Assembly (NCBI GenBank): GCA_016201795.1
Contig: JACQCF010000002.1
Location: 45,122 to 109,121 of the forward strand
Origin: Candidatus Omnitrophota bacterium
Lineage (GTDB): Bacteria > Omnitrophota > Gorgyraeia > Zapsychrales > Fredricksoniimonadaceae
Reading direction: 5' to 3'
Length of the DNA stretch: 64,000 bases
Shown: positions 10,100-19,311 of the stretch, piece by piece
Layout of the letters: each line of letters starts with the position of its first letter
Position numbering within the stretch: position 1 is the first letter of the stretch
Made by a program: the position numbers and the translations under genes
Notes under the pieces: model-generated
The model's database searches: none
Seen by the model: the letters and a program-made list of their open reading frames with translations, nothing else
Told to the model about the DNA's origin: nothing

Positions 10100-10935
10100 A
10101 AGTCAGCGCCTTTACCATTGTCCGCAACGCGGTCAAGTTCCATTACCCCATCGCTCAGTCCATACAATCGATTTTGCCCATTTGCGATGAATTTATCGTC
10201 AATGTGGGCGATAGCGAGGATAGAACGCTGGATTTGATCCGCTCCATCCCAAGCTCCAAAATTCGTATTATCCAAACCCAATGGAATATGAGGAAGGGCT
10301 CGATGGTCCTTTCCGAACAGACCAACATCGCCCTGAAAGAATGCAGAGGGGATTGGGCATTTTATCTGCAAAGCGATGAGGTGATCCACGAAAATGATTT
10401 GTCGCGCTTGAAGCAATGGATGCAGCGTTTCTTGAAAGTTGACGGAGTGGATGCCTTGCGTTTTAAATGGCTGCATTTTTACGGTAGTTATTGGCGCTAC
10501 CGCATTGATGCGGGGTGGTATCAGAAACAAGACCGTATTATCCGTAACAACGGCCAGATCGAATCCTATGGGGATGCGTTTGCGTTTAGGCGTCGTGACG
10601 GGCGGCCGCTATGCAGCCGGCCAACGGGGTGTTTATTGTACCATTACGGCTGGGTCAATACCGTCGAAGATATGAAGGGCCGCTGCCATAATGCGGCGCA
10701 AATCGGTTATCAGGATGCAAACAAATTACAATCGTTGGAAGGCGGTTGGGGAGACTTGAGCCGTTTCCCGGCGTATTTTGGTACGCATCCATTGGTCATG
10801 AAGGACTTGATTGCCAGGCATGCCCTCAGCGTGCAGGATTGGGCAAGTGTCAGCCGTCAATTTTGGTGGAACCCTCTGTTTTGGATGCGCCTGCGGCACA
10901 AGACATCCCGGCGTATCAGAGAGAAAATCACATGA
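10096..10935 (+). CDS. Glycosyltransferase family 2
   Basis: FTIVRN, GDSEDRT, YLQSDE and YHYGW; TTG start overlaps the upstream stop. Confidence 0.82.
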   Translation: MKVSAFTIVRNAVKFHYPIAQSIQSILPICDEFIVNVGDSEDRTLDLIRSIPSSKIRIIQTQWNMRKGSMVLSEQTNIALKECRGDWAFYLQSDEVIHENDLSRLKQWMQRFLKVDGVDALRFKWLHFYGSYWRYRIDAGWYQKQDRIIRNNGQIESYGDAFAFRRRDGRPLCSRPTGCLLYHYGWVNTVEDMKGRCHNAAQIGYQDANKLQSLEGGWGDLSRFPAYFGTHPLVMKDLIARHALSVQDWASVSRQFWWNPLFWMRLRHKTSRRIREKIT

Positions 10936-12623
10936 GGGAAAATTTCTTTTTTAAAAAACCAACCGGTTGGGACGTGTTGGCCATGGCACTTTTGGTGGTC
11001 TTTGTCACATACCAGCCGTTTTATATGCAGCATGAGATTATCATGATGGAAACCGGTATTCATCTGCCGGCGATTAACGCGTTGTTTCATGGGTTGGTGC
11101 CATACCGTGATTTCTTTTTCTTGCGTGGGCCAATAGAACTTTATATACCTGCGGTCATGATGAAAATTTTTGGCGTTAATTCCGCCCTACTGCCGGCATT
11201 TTATTATGGAGGAACTATTCTGACCCTTATTTTATGCGTGATACTTGCCGGTGAGTTGTTTCGTTCACGTTTGATTCTTTATACCATGGTTCCGGTTTTT
11301 GTGGCCCGCACTTTCCCACGGATTGCTTATTATTATTGGGGAGGACTGCGTTACGCTATGGGGTTTTTGGTGCTATTGTTCCTGTTTTATTTTTTCAAAA
11401 CCCAGCGTCGCCGTTGGATTTTTTTAACGGGTATGATGTGCGCCTTATCCGCACTGACCACACCGGAGGCGGGGCTTTCCACAGTTTTAGCAGTGCTTGC
11501 GGCGTTGGTGTGTGCTTTTGGTTTTCAAGTCTGTGACCGGCATTTTCTGTGGCGATGTTTTTGGGTTTTTTGTGCCGGTTTCGCAATCGTCATTGTTCCT
11601 TATGTGGTGTATTTGATTCAAACCGGTTCTTTTCATGCATTGGTGGAGTCGACGTATGTGGTGGTAACACTCATGGTTGATGCGTTTCCAGGCGCTGCGG
11701 GCATTAAACCTGAAACACCTCTGCAGTTTTTAGTGGCCTGCATTCCTGGAACAAAATTTTTTAAATACATGAGTGTGCTGTGGTGCTATCTATTCTTTGC
11801 GGTGTTCTTGTGGTATAAAGCTCGTTATAAAAAGCTGGATTGGGTACACGCATTTCTGATAGGAGTTGCCGTTTATGGCTTGGTATTGTACGCGGCGGCG
11901 TTTCGTAAAATTGAAGGCCATCATTTTGAGATGGCCCTGCAGGTGGAGAAATTTATTTATTTCTTTTTGATGGAATGCGCCATACTGTATATGTGGACGC
12001 GGTGGGCAACGCTTCATATTACCTTTGCGTGGCGCCGGCGATTAGTTTATGGTATGGCCATGGGGGTATTCCTTTCTTCGGTCGCCTACGCGTTGAATAG
12101 ATTTGACCACCGTTTCACGATGATGAAGCTCATTGAGAGACAAGTTTTGCATAAAAAGAAAGTGAAAGGTTTATCAGTGCTGGAGGGTCAGGAAACTGCC
12201 GTTTTGAACATTGAGCGGGCCCGTGGCCATATTGTGCCCCGCTGGCAGGAAGAGGAGATCAAAGGGGTAGTTGAATTTTTAAAAATGCACACCCGCACTG
12301 ATGAAGCGGTTTTTTGCTTTCCTGAATTGGGGAATTTTAATTTTTGGGCGGATCGGCCCTTTGTCGGCCGTTTTCCGATTGTCACATTTACTTGGATGTA
12401 TGAGCCCTGGTATCAGGAACTTTTGGCGGATTTTCAAAAAACCAGGCCGCATTACGTGGTGATGACGCATTTAGGCCACCGGACTTTTCCGCAACTTTGG
12501 TATTTTCGTAATCCGCAAAACCAAGAGCGTTTTGAGCAAATGACACAGCTCATTTTAGCCAATTATGCGCCGGTCCAGTCATTTGAGTCGGTAGCCATTT
12601 ATGAACGCAAGGACAGGAGATGA
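10932..12623 (+). CDS. Polytopic membrane protein, possible GT-C-fold transferase (paralog B)
   Basis: ATG at 10932 overlaps the upstream TGA. Shares RDFF.LRGP.ELY, WGG.RYA, LNIERARG, FPELG and DRPF.GRFPIVTFTW with 7707-9380. Confidence 0.7.
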   Translation: MRENFFFKKPTGWDVLAMALLVVFVTYQPFYMQHEIIMMETGIHLPAINALFHGLVPYRDFFFLRGPIELYIPAVMMKIFGVNSALLPAFYYGGTILTLILCVILAGELFRSRLILYTMVPVFVARTFPRIAYYYWGGLRYAMGFLVLLFLFYFFKTQRRRWIFLTGMMCALSALTTPEAGLSTVLAVLAALVCAFGFQVCDRHFLWRCFWVFCAGFAIVIVPYVVYLIQTGSFHALVESTYVVVTLMVDAFPGAAGIKPETPLQFLVACIPGTKFFKYMSVLWCYLFFAVFLWYKARYKKLDWVHAFLIGVAVYGLVLYAAAFRKIEGHHFEMALQVEKFIYFFLMECAILYMWTRWATLHITFAWRRRLVYGMAMGVFLSSVAYALNRFDHRFTMMKLIERQVLHKKKVKGLSVLEGQETAVLNIERARGHIVPRWQEEEIKGVVEFLKMHTRTDEAVFCFPELGNFNFWADRPFVGRFPIVTFTWMYEPWYQELLADFQKTRPHYVVMTHLGHRTFPQLWYFRNPQNQERFEQMTQLILANYAPVQSFESVAIYERKDRR

Positions 12624-13237
12624 ACATGAAATTGCATGTGGGCTGTGGGACTAATAAAATACCCGGGTGGGTCAATATCGACGCTGTTGAAAGCTGCCAG
12701 CCCGATCTTATCCATGATTTAAGCAAGCCCCTGCCTTACCCCGATTTGTCAGCGGACGAGCTCAGGGCTGAGAGCGTTCTGGAACATTTCGACAAATACA
12801 TGAGGTATTGCGTGTGCAGTGACTGGGTAAGGGTGTTGAAGGTAGGAGGGTTTATCCATATAGGCGTGCCGGATTTCAAAAAGCTGCTGTTTCGTTTTTT
12901 TAAATTCCGTTTTGATGATTTCGTCGACACTTTTTTCGGCGAGAATATGTGGGAGTCAGAAATTTATATCGGGCATTTCGGCAATCATAAATGGGGGTAT
13001 TCACAAAAGTCCTTAACGGCATTTCTGGGGCAATTCGGCATTGAACCGGTGGAGGTCAAAACCATAGGGTTAAATATTCATTTTGTAGGTCGTAAACTTA
13101 AGCATGTGTCCACCCGGGACATGGACCAGTGGAAGATTTATTCTCATAACAACAAATTCGGCGCACCCCGTCATTACCTGACGTTCGCCGAGGTTAAAGC
13201 GAAAATCAATGAGTTTCAGAAAGATTCTGCTTATTAA
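12620..13237 (+). CDS. Class I SAM-dependent methyltransferase-domain protein
   Basis: LHVGCG, GWVNID, VLEHF, RVLKVGG, VPD and HKWGY; same subfamily as 9377-10099. Confidence 0.82.
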   Translation: MNMKLHVGCGTNKIPGWVNIDAVESCQPDLIHDLSKPLPYPDLSADELRAESVLEHFDKYMRYCVCSDWVRVLKVGGFIHIGVPDFKKLLFRFFKFRFDDFVDTFFGENMWESEIYIGHFGNHKWGYSQKSLTAFLGQFGIEPVEVKTIGLNIHFVGRKLKHVSTRDMDQWKIYSHNNKFGAPRHYLTFAEVKAKINEFQKDSAY

Positions 13238-14261
13238 TCCTTACGGCATCGGGGATGTGTTGTTTACCACTCCCGTTGTGGGCAATTTGCGTAAAAGCTA
13301 TCCGCAGGCTTTTATTGGCTATATCGCTAACCGTCGGGCTTTGCCGGTGGTGGAAAGCAATCCCAAAATCAATCACGTTTATGTGTATGAGCGTGATGAA
13401 TTTAAGGACGATTTTGTCCGTCGCTGGGTGAGTCTTTTTCAAGATATACGACGACAAAAATTCGATGTTGTTTTTGATTTCTCTTTGAATGCTTCCTTTG
13501 GATTTTTGAGCATGATTTGCGGCATAAGCAAGCGTATTGGTTATGATTACCGAGGTCGGGGCTGGCTTTTAACGGATAAAATTCGGTTAGAAGGCTATGA
13601 AGCAAAGCATGTGGTGGAATATTATCTGGATTTATTGACGAAACTTGACGTACCGGTGCAAGATCGCTCTTTGGAGTTTTTGATTGACCAGCAACATCAG
13701 CAATGGGCTAAAGATTGGATTAAAACCAAAGGGATTTCATCCAATCAACCAATCATTGCCCTCATCCCTGGCGGGGGAGCCAGCTGGGGCAAGGATGCCA
13801 GCCAGAAACGCTGGCCCGCCGGGCAATACGCGCTTTTGGTGGATAAAATTATTGCAAAATCAAACAGCGCCGTTATACTGATGGGCGATCAAAAAGAGCA
13901 GTTGTTGTGTCAAGAATTTGCCCGCCGATGCTCTTATCCCGTCTTTGATGCGGTTGGAGGTACAACCCTTTTGCAGATGGCTGCCTTACTGCAACAATGC
14001 CGTCTGGCGATTGTTAATGACGGAGGACCTTTGCATGTGGCGGTGGCGTGCGGTGTCAAGACGGTTTCTATCTTTGGTCCGGTGGATCCGGTGGTTTACG
14101 GCCCCTACCCATCGTCGGGACATATTTTTATTCAAAAAGGACTGCCTTGCCAGCCGTGTTACCGTCAGTTTCGCCGGGCCGCCTGTAACCATATCAGCTG
14201 TTTGAGGGACTTATCAGTCGATGAGGTTTACGATAAAGTAGAGAGATTTTTAGTTGATTGA
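13209..14261 (+). CDS. waaF: Glycosyltransferase family 9 (heptosyltransferase II-like)
   Basis: YGIGDVLFTTP, KRWP, NDGGPLHVAVA, SIFGP and CQPC...C...C. Confidence 0.82.
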   Translation: MSFRKILLINPYGIGDVLFTTPVVGNLRKSYPQAFIGYIANRRALPVVESNPKINHVYVYERDEFKDDFVRRWVSLFQDIRRQKFDVVFDFSLNASFGFLSMICGISKRIGYDYRGRGWLLTDKIRLEGYEAKHVVEYYLDLLTKLDVPVQDRSLEFLIDQQHQQWAKDWIKTKGISSNQPIIALIPGGGASWGKDASQKRWPAGQYALLVDKIIAKSNSAVILMGDQKEQLLCQEFARRCSYPVFDAVGGTTLLQMAALLQQCRLAIVNDGGPLHVAVACGVKTVSIFGPVDPVVYGPYPSSGHIFIQKGLPCQPCYRQFRRAACNHISCLRDLSVDEVYDKVERFLVD

Positions 14262-14262
14262 G

Positions 14263-14282
14263 TCCCGAGCCTGTCGAGGGAT
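14263..14282 (+). repeat. Single copy of the TCCCGAG...TCGAGGGAT REP-like palindrome
   Basis: TCCCGAGCCTGTCGAGGGAT immediately follows the GT9 stop codon. Confidence 0.65.
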
Positions 14283-14302
14283 AGAAAGGTCGAGGCATTA
14301 TT

Positions 14303-15403
14303 ATGAGCGTTCCGTTTATTGATTTTAAAGAACAACACCGCCTGATCCAAAACGAGGTGGATACGGGTTTTAAAAAAGTTTTTGAAAAAGGCGATTATAT
14401 TTTAGGCGAGCAAGCTGTTATCTTCGAGGGCGCTTTTGCTAAATATTGCGATTGTGCTTATGGGGTGGGTGTCAATTCCGGTACCGACGCGTTGTATTTG
14501 GCCCTTTGCGCATTGGATATTGGCCCAGGTGATGAAGTGATTGTGCCTACCTTCACTTTTATTGCTACGGCATTGTGCGTTTCGTTTTGCGGTGCTCAAG
14601 CGGTGTTCGTCGACGTTGAGCCGGATACTTACAACATTGACCCTCAGGCATTCGCCAGGGCCATTACCAAGAAAACTAAAGCGGTGATTCCAGTGCACAT
14701 CTATGGTCAGCCGGCGAACATGAATGAAATCTCTGCCATTGCCCGCAAGCACGATATTAAGGTGGTTGAGGATGCAGCTCAGGCCCATGGTTCGCGTTAT
14801 CAGGGCAAGCGCGCGGGATCCCTGGGGGATGTGGCGTGTTTCTCTTTTTATCCGACCAAAAGTCTGGGCGCTTGCGGGGATGCCGGAATGATTGTCACCA
14901 ACGACAAGGCGATTTATCAGAAGGCGCTGATGCTGCGCGATTACGGCAGAAAGGGCCGTTATGAACATAAGATTAAAGGGCATAATTCCCGTCTGGATAC
15001 TCTGCAAGCGGTGGTGCTCAATGCCAAATTAAAACATCTGGATGCATGGAATACTTTACGCGCCCAAAACGCTGTTTATTACAATGAGCTTCTTAAAGGC
15101 GTCAAAGGCGTGGTCACGTCGGTTGTCAAAAGTGACCGTACCCACGTTTATCAGACGTATGCCGTGCGGGTGGCCAACCGCGATAAGGTCATGGAAGGGA
15201 TGAAGGCCAAAGGAATCAGCGTCCTTATCCATTATCCGATTCCTCTACACCTTCAGGAAGCCTATCAAGAGTTAGGTTATCAAAAAGGAGCTTTTCCCTT
15301 CGCGGAAGCCGTGGCTGATGAGATCATGTCTTTGCCGATGTTTCCTCACATGAGCAGGGAGCAAATTGAAACCGTGGTGAGGGCTTTGAAAGAATCTTTA
15401 TGA
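14303..15403 (+). CDS. DegT/DnrJ/EryC1/StrS sugar aminotransferase
   Basis: NSGTDAL, EDAAQAHG, SFYPTKSLG and NSRLD. Confidence 0.9.
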   Translation: MSVPFIDFKEQHRLIQNEVDTGFKKVFEKGDYILGEQAVIFEGAFAKYCDCAYGVGVNSGTDALYLALCALDIGPGDEVIVPTFTFIATALCVSFCGAQAVFVDVEPDTYNIDPQAFARAITKKTKAVIPVHIYGQPANMNEISAIARKHDIKVVEDAAQAHGSRYQGKRAGSLGDVACFSFYPTKSLGACGDAGMIVTNDKAIYQKALMLRDYGRKGRYEHKIKGHNSRLDTLQAVVLNAKLKHLDAWNTLRAQNAVYYNELLKGVKGVVTSVVKSDRTHVYQTYAVRVANRDKVMEGMKAKGISVLIHYPIPLHLQEAYQELGYQKGAFPFAEAVADEIMSLPMFPHMSREQIETVVRALKESL

Positions 15404-16752
15404 ACAAGGCTTTGCATATTTGCGACAGGTTGATGTACGGCGCTTTGCTGGTGCTGGTAATTTTTATTCCCTATTCGCTGGCCATGATCGAAGCATGTCT
15501 GTTGACGATAATACTAGCTTGGGTACTGAAACATTGGTTATTATGGAAAGCCAATCCACAACGAGGATTTTGGGCGGCCTATCGTTTTTCGCCCAGCGGG
15601 ATGGAATGGCCCTTAATCGTCATAGGGTTTCTCATCGTTGCGACCTTACCGTGGAGTCATGCTCCTGCTTTGAGTTTAAAGAAATTCTTCTCAAGGTTTC
15701 TGCAGCAGGCATTTTTGATGTATGCCGTCGTTGAGATTGTCAAGACCCATCGGCGTTTATACGGGGTCATGGCAACCTTATTGCTGACGCTTTTTGTGGT
15801 CAATGCGGATATTTTTGTGCAGTATATGCGAGGCTACAGTTTTATTTATCATACCCCGCTGACGTCTGGGCGGGTGTTGGGGCCGATGCATCACCCCAAT
15901 GATTTGGGGACGTTGCTGGTGATGGTGTTGCCTGTGGTGTTGGCTTTGATCATCACACACCGTTATTGGATTCCATTGTTATGGTCTCGTGCGACGCAGG
16001 TGTCCCGTGGCTTATGCACCATGGGGACGGTGGCGGAGGTGGTGTTGTTTTTACTATTGGTCATCGCGCTTGGGTTAACGGCTTCGCGGGGGGCATGGAT
16101 AGCTTTTGCGGTGAGCATGGTTGGCCTAGGCGTTTGTTTGAAACGGTATTGGTCAACTGTTTTACTTATTTTGATGCTGGTTGTGGTATTTTGGGTCTTT
16201 TGGGGACATAGCCTGCATCAGCGTCATGATATTCAAGATGTTTCTTTAGGAACTCAGACTAAGTACAGCAGTATAAGCCTATCTCCCCAGTATGAGAAGA
16301 GTCTGTTGGTTTTTTTCAATCCTTCGGGCCGGTATTTCTATTGGGAAACAGCTTGGGATATTATTAAACGTTATCCGCTGTTTGGCTGCGGCTATAGCGC
16401 TTATGTCCAGACGCTCAATGTTTTGAAGGCGGGGCACGCGGAATATCCTCACAATATCTTATTGCATATTACGGCGGAACTTGGTCTCTTTGGTTTGCTG
16501 GCGCATCTATGGTTTTTTACAGCTTTATATTTATGTGCTAGGAGAGTGTTGCGTGCGGTTTTCTCTGCCTATGATTTGTATATACTCGGATGCGGGATAT
16601 GTTTTGGACTTTTGGCGTGGATAATCCATAGTCTGACAGATACGGCTTGGACATCTTTGCAGTTGAGCATCTTATGGTGGTTATTGATAGGGATTTTGTT
16701 GAGCCTTGTCTCTGTTTTTCATCAATCAACATCGCCACGGGGAGGTTCCTAG
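15400..16752 (+). CDS. waaL: O-antigen ligase (Wzy_C) family protein
   Basis: Multi-TM protein with HPNDLG, TASRGAW, YPLFGCG and PHNILLHITAELGLFG. Confidence 0.82.
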   Translation: MNKALHICDRLMYGALLVLVIFIPYSLAMIEACLLTIILAWVLKHWLLWKANPQRGFWAAYRFSPSGMEWPLIVIGFLIVATLPWSHAPALSLKKFFSRFLQQAFLMYAVVEIVKTHRRLYGVMATLLLTLFVVNADIFVQYMRGYSFIYHTPLTSGRVLGPMHHPNDLGTLLVMVLPVVLALIITHRYWIPLLWSRATQVSRGLCTMGTVAEVVLFLLLVIALGLTASRGAWIAFAVSMVGLGVCLKRYWSTVLLILMLVVVFWVFWGHSLHQRHDIQDVSLGTQTKYSSISLSPQYEKSLLVFFNPSGRYFYWETAWDIIKRYPLFGCGYSAYVQTLNVLKAGHAEYPHNILLHITAELGLFGLLAHLWFFTALYLCARRVLRAVFSAYDLYILGCGICFGLLAWIIHSLTDTAWTSLQLSILWWLLIGILLSLVSVFHQSTSPRGGS

Positions 16753-17537
16753 TGTCCTTGCCATTGAGTATTATCATTATTGCCAAAAATGAGCAGGAGC
16801 GTATCAAAGATTGTCTTGAAAGCGTGCATGGATGGGCCAATGAAATCATCGTCGTTGATGATCACAGTACAGACCAGACGCGTTCGATGGCTGCTGCGTA
16901 TACTGACAAGATTTTCCAGCGGGCGATGGATTTGGAAGGCCGACAGCGCAATTTCGCAGTTTCCCATGCCAGCAATGATTGGGTGATGATGCTCGATTGT
17001 GACGAGCGTCCCACCCCTGAACTTAAAGGAGAGATCGAGGATTTGCTTGGCCACCCTCCGGAAAAAATCGTAGCGTTTTGGATACCGCAAATTTGTTTTT
17101 TAGGAGATGTGCATATCAAATACGGAGGATGGTCCAATCCACATATCCGTTTGTACCACAAGAAATACGTGACCTGGAGCGAGGCTGCCTGTGATGTGGT
17201 TCATCCGGGGGTGCGTGTGGCGCCCGGTTACGGGGGAGCAAATTTGAAACAGGCGCTTATCCATTACAACTATAAGAATGTCGAGGATGTCATCCGCAAG
17301 ACAAATCGTCTCACCACCCTGGAGGCCATCAAATGGCACCTCGATGGGCGCAAGATGACGCAGGGGCGCGCGATGTGGCGTACCGTGGATAGGTTTTTCC
17401 GTCGTTATGTGGGACGCAAGGGGTATAAGGATGGTTATTACGGTCTGGTGCTGGCGGTATTTAGCGCCGTGTATGAGTTCGCCGCGTACAGCAAATACAA
17501 GGAAATCAAAGAAAAAGGCTATTACCTTAAACCATGA
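16752..17537 (+). CDS. Glycosyltransferase family 2 (LPS core WaaE/KdtX-like)
   Basis: GTG start at 16752 after GGAGG; IIIAKNE, VDDHSTD, QRNFA, LDCDE and VVH. Confidence 0.85.
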   Translation: MSLPLSIIIIAKNEQERIKDCLESVHGWANEIIVVDDHSTDQTRSMAAAYTDKIFQRAMDLEGRQRNFAVSHASNDWVMMLDCDERPTPELKGEIEDLLGHPPEKIVAFWIPQICFLGDVHIKYGGWSNPHIRLYHKKYVTWSEAACDVVHPGVRVAPGYGGANLKQALIHYNYKNVEDVIRKTNRLTTLEAIKWHLDGRKMTQGRAMWRTVDRFFRRYVGRKGYKDGYYGLVLAVFSAVYEFAAYSKYKEIKEKGYYLKP

Positions 17538-18121
17538 AAGTAGTTTTTCTTGACAGAGACGGCGTGATTAACGAATTTCCGGGTAAAGACAATTACGTGA
17601 CGAAAGTCAAAGACTTTCATTTTATTCCCGGAGCGGCGGAAGCCATCGCGCGCCTCAGCCAGGCAGGATATAAGATTTTTGTGATTTCTAATCAGGCTGG
17701 CGTGGGTAAAGGGGTTTATTCGCTGGACAAACTCAATCGTATCAACCGTTATATGATGAAGCATGTTGAGGCTGCCGGCGGAGAAATCCGAAAAAGTTTT
17801 TACTGCACCCACCGCGCCGATGCGGGCTGCGACTGCCGCAAGCCAGGCATAGGTCTTTTAAAGAAGGCGCTTCAATCTCTCAATAAAACCATTGCCCATG
17901 CGCAAAAGGCTTTTTTCGTTGGTGATACCGAAGGCGATATTAAAACCGGCCATAATGCCGGATGCAAAACGGTTTTTGTGCTTTGTGGGCGTGAAAGCCG
18001 CCGGCATATGCGTCAATGGCACATCAAGCCCGATTTTATCGCTTCGGATTTAAAAACCGCGGTTGACATTATCCAACATGAAAATTCTGGTCATTCACGC
18101 CACAGCAGGGGCCGGGCATAA
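17534..18121 (+). CDS. gmhB: D-glycero-D-manno-heptose-1,7-bisphosphate phosphatase (HAD)
   Basis: FLDRDGVIN, SNQAG, CTH....CDCRKP and VGDTEGD. Confidence 0.88.
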   Translation: MKVVFLDRDGVINEFPGKDNYVTKVKDFHFIPGAAEAIARLSQAGYKIFVISNQAGVGKGVYSLDKLNRINRYMMKHVEAAGGEIRKSFYCTHRADAGCDCRKPGIGLLKKALQSLNKTIAHAQKAFFVGDTEGDIKTGHNAGCKTVFVLCGRESRRHMRQWHIKPDFIASDLKTAVDIIQHENSGHSRHSRGRA

Positions 18122-19160
18122 AAAGGCGGCAGAGGCCATTTATAATGGCCTGTTGCGCCACACCACGCATATTGTCCGTTTGGTGGATTCCCTCGATTAT
18201 ACCAATCCTTTTTTTAAAGCCGCGTATCCTAAGACCTATGTCTTTTTAGTCACGAAACTTCCGATGCTCTGGGGATTTTTCTTTTGGCTTTCCGATCTTG
18301 CTTTATTACAACCGTTGATACGCTGGATCAGGCGCTGTTACAATGCTTCAAATACTAAGGCGCTGGAGAAATTTTTGAAAGATGAAGATTTTGATGCCAT
18401 TATTGTGACTCATTTTATGTCCGCGGAGGTTGGCGCTTATTTAAAACGCACCCGGCAGATCCGTGCGAAGGTGATTTGTGTGGTGACAGACTTTAATGTA
18501 CATCGTATTTGGATTAATCAGGGTACTGATCTTTACACGGCGGCTTGCGATGACACCAAAGAGAAAATCATCAGCCTTGGAATCAGCCCTGATCAGGTGT
18601 TCGTGACCGGTATTCCCACCGACGAAAAATTTACTGTGATGACTGATCGTCGTCAGATAAGAGAAGCTCTTAAAATTGATCCACAGCTTTTCACGGTGCT
18701 TTTAGCCACGGGCTCTTTCGGGGTCGGCCCTATGGAAGAACTGGTGGATTTGCTCAAAGGTTATCAGCTGCTCATTGTTTGCGGACATAATCGCCTTTTG
18801 TACGAACGCCTTAAATCCAGAATTAATAGCAAGGTTCACGTATTTGGTTTGGTCAACAATATGCATGAACTGATGTCTGCGGCGGATGTCATGGTCACTA
18901 AACCAGGAGGACTCTCCATCGCCGAAGCTCTGGTCAAAAGGCTGCCGATTATTTTTTTTAGTGCCATTCCCGGACAGGAGACTGGCAACATTAAAGTGCT
19001 TCAAAAGTACCAGGCGGCCTCACCGCAAGGATCTTTGATGGATATCGTCGATAAAATTGATGATTTAAGTTCTTCCCTGCAAGTTTACGAGGCCATGCAA
19101 AAGAAGCTTGAGGCGCTTGCCAAACCTGATGCGGTACGGGACATTATTTCATTAATATGA
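18078..19160 (+). CDS. MGDG synthase/UgtP-like glycosyltransferase (GT28)
   Basis: AGAGHKKAA, VVTDF.VH..W, TGIP, TKPGGLS.AEA and IPGQE. Confidence 0.85.
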   Translation: MKILVIHATAGAGHKKAAEAIYNGLLRHTTHIVRLVDSLDYTNPFFKAAYPKTYVFLVTKLPMLWGFFFWLSDLALLQPLIRWIRRCYNASNTKALEKFLKDEDFDAIIVTHFMSAEVGAYLKRTRQIRAKVICVVTDFNVHRIWINQGTDLYTAACDDTKEKIISLGISPDQVFVTGIPTDEKFTVMTDRRQIREALKIDPQLFTVLLATGSFGVGPMEELVDLLKGYQLLIVCGHNRLLYERLKSRINSKVHVFGLVNNMHELMSAADVMVTKPGGLSIAEALVKRLPIIFFSAIPGQETGNIKVLQKYQAASPQGSLMDIVDKIDDLSSSLQVYEAMQKKLEALAKPDAVRDIISLI

Positions 19161-19162
19161 TT

Positions 19163-19260
19163 TTCCCCTCCCCTGGTGGGAGGGGAATGGGGAGGGGTAT
19201 CGACGGAGATCATCGTTTTTATGCCCCCCGCCCTAACCCTCCCCACACAGGGGGAGGGAA
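19163..19260. repeat. G/C-rich composite palindromic element (two hairpins in inverted orientation)
   Basis: TTCCCCTCCC-CTGGT-GGGAGGGGAA (19163-19187) and CCCTAACCCTCCCC-ACACAG-GGGGAGGG. The two halves are imperfect reverse complements, in the CCCTCTCCC..GGGAGAGGG repeat style. Confidence 0.75.
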
Positions 19261-19311
19261 TCTAATGACAAAACGCTAAATATATTGAAGACCTATAATC
19301 TGTAACCTGAT

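Noticed and set aside
10746-10931. N-terminal extension of the 625-aa ORF call
   Set aside because: It overlaps the upstream GT2 by about 190 bp. The paralog alignment and the ATGA overlap support a start at 10932.
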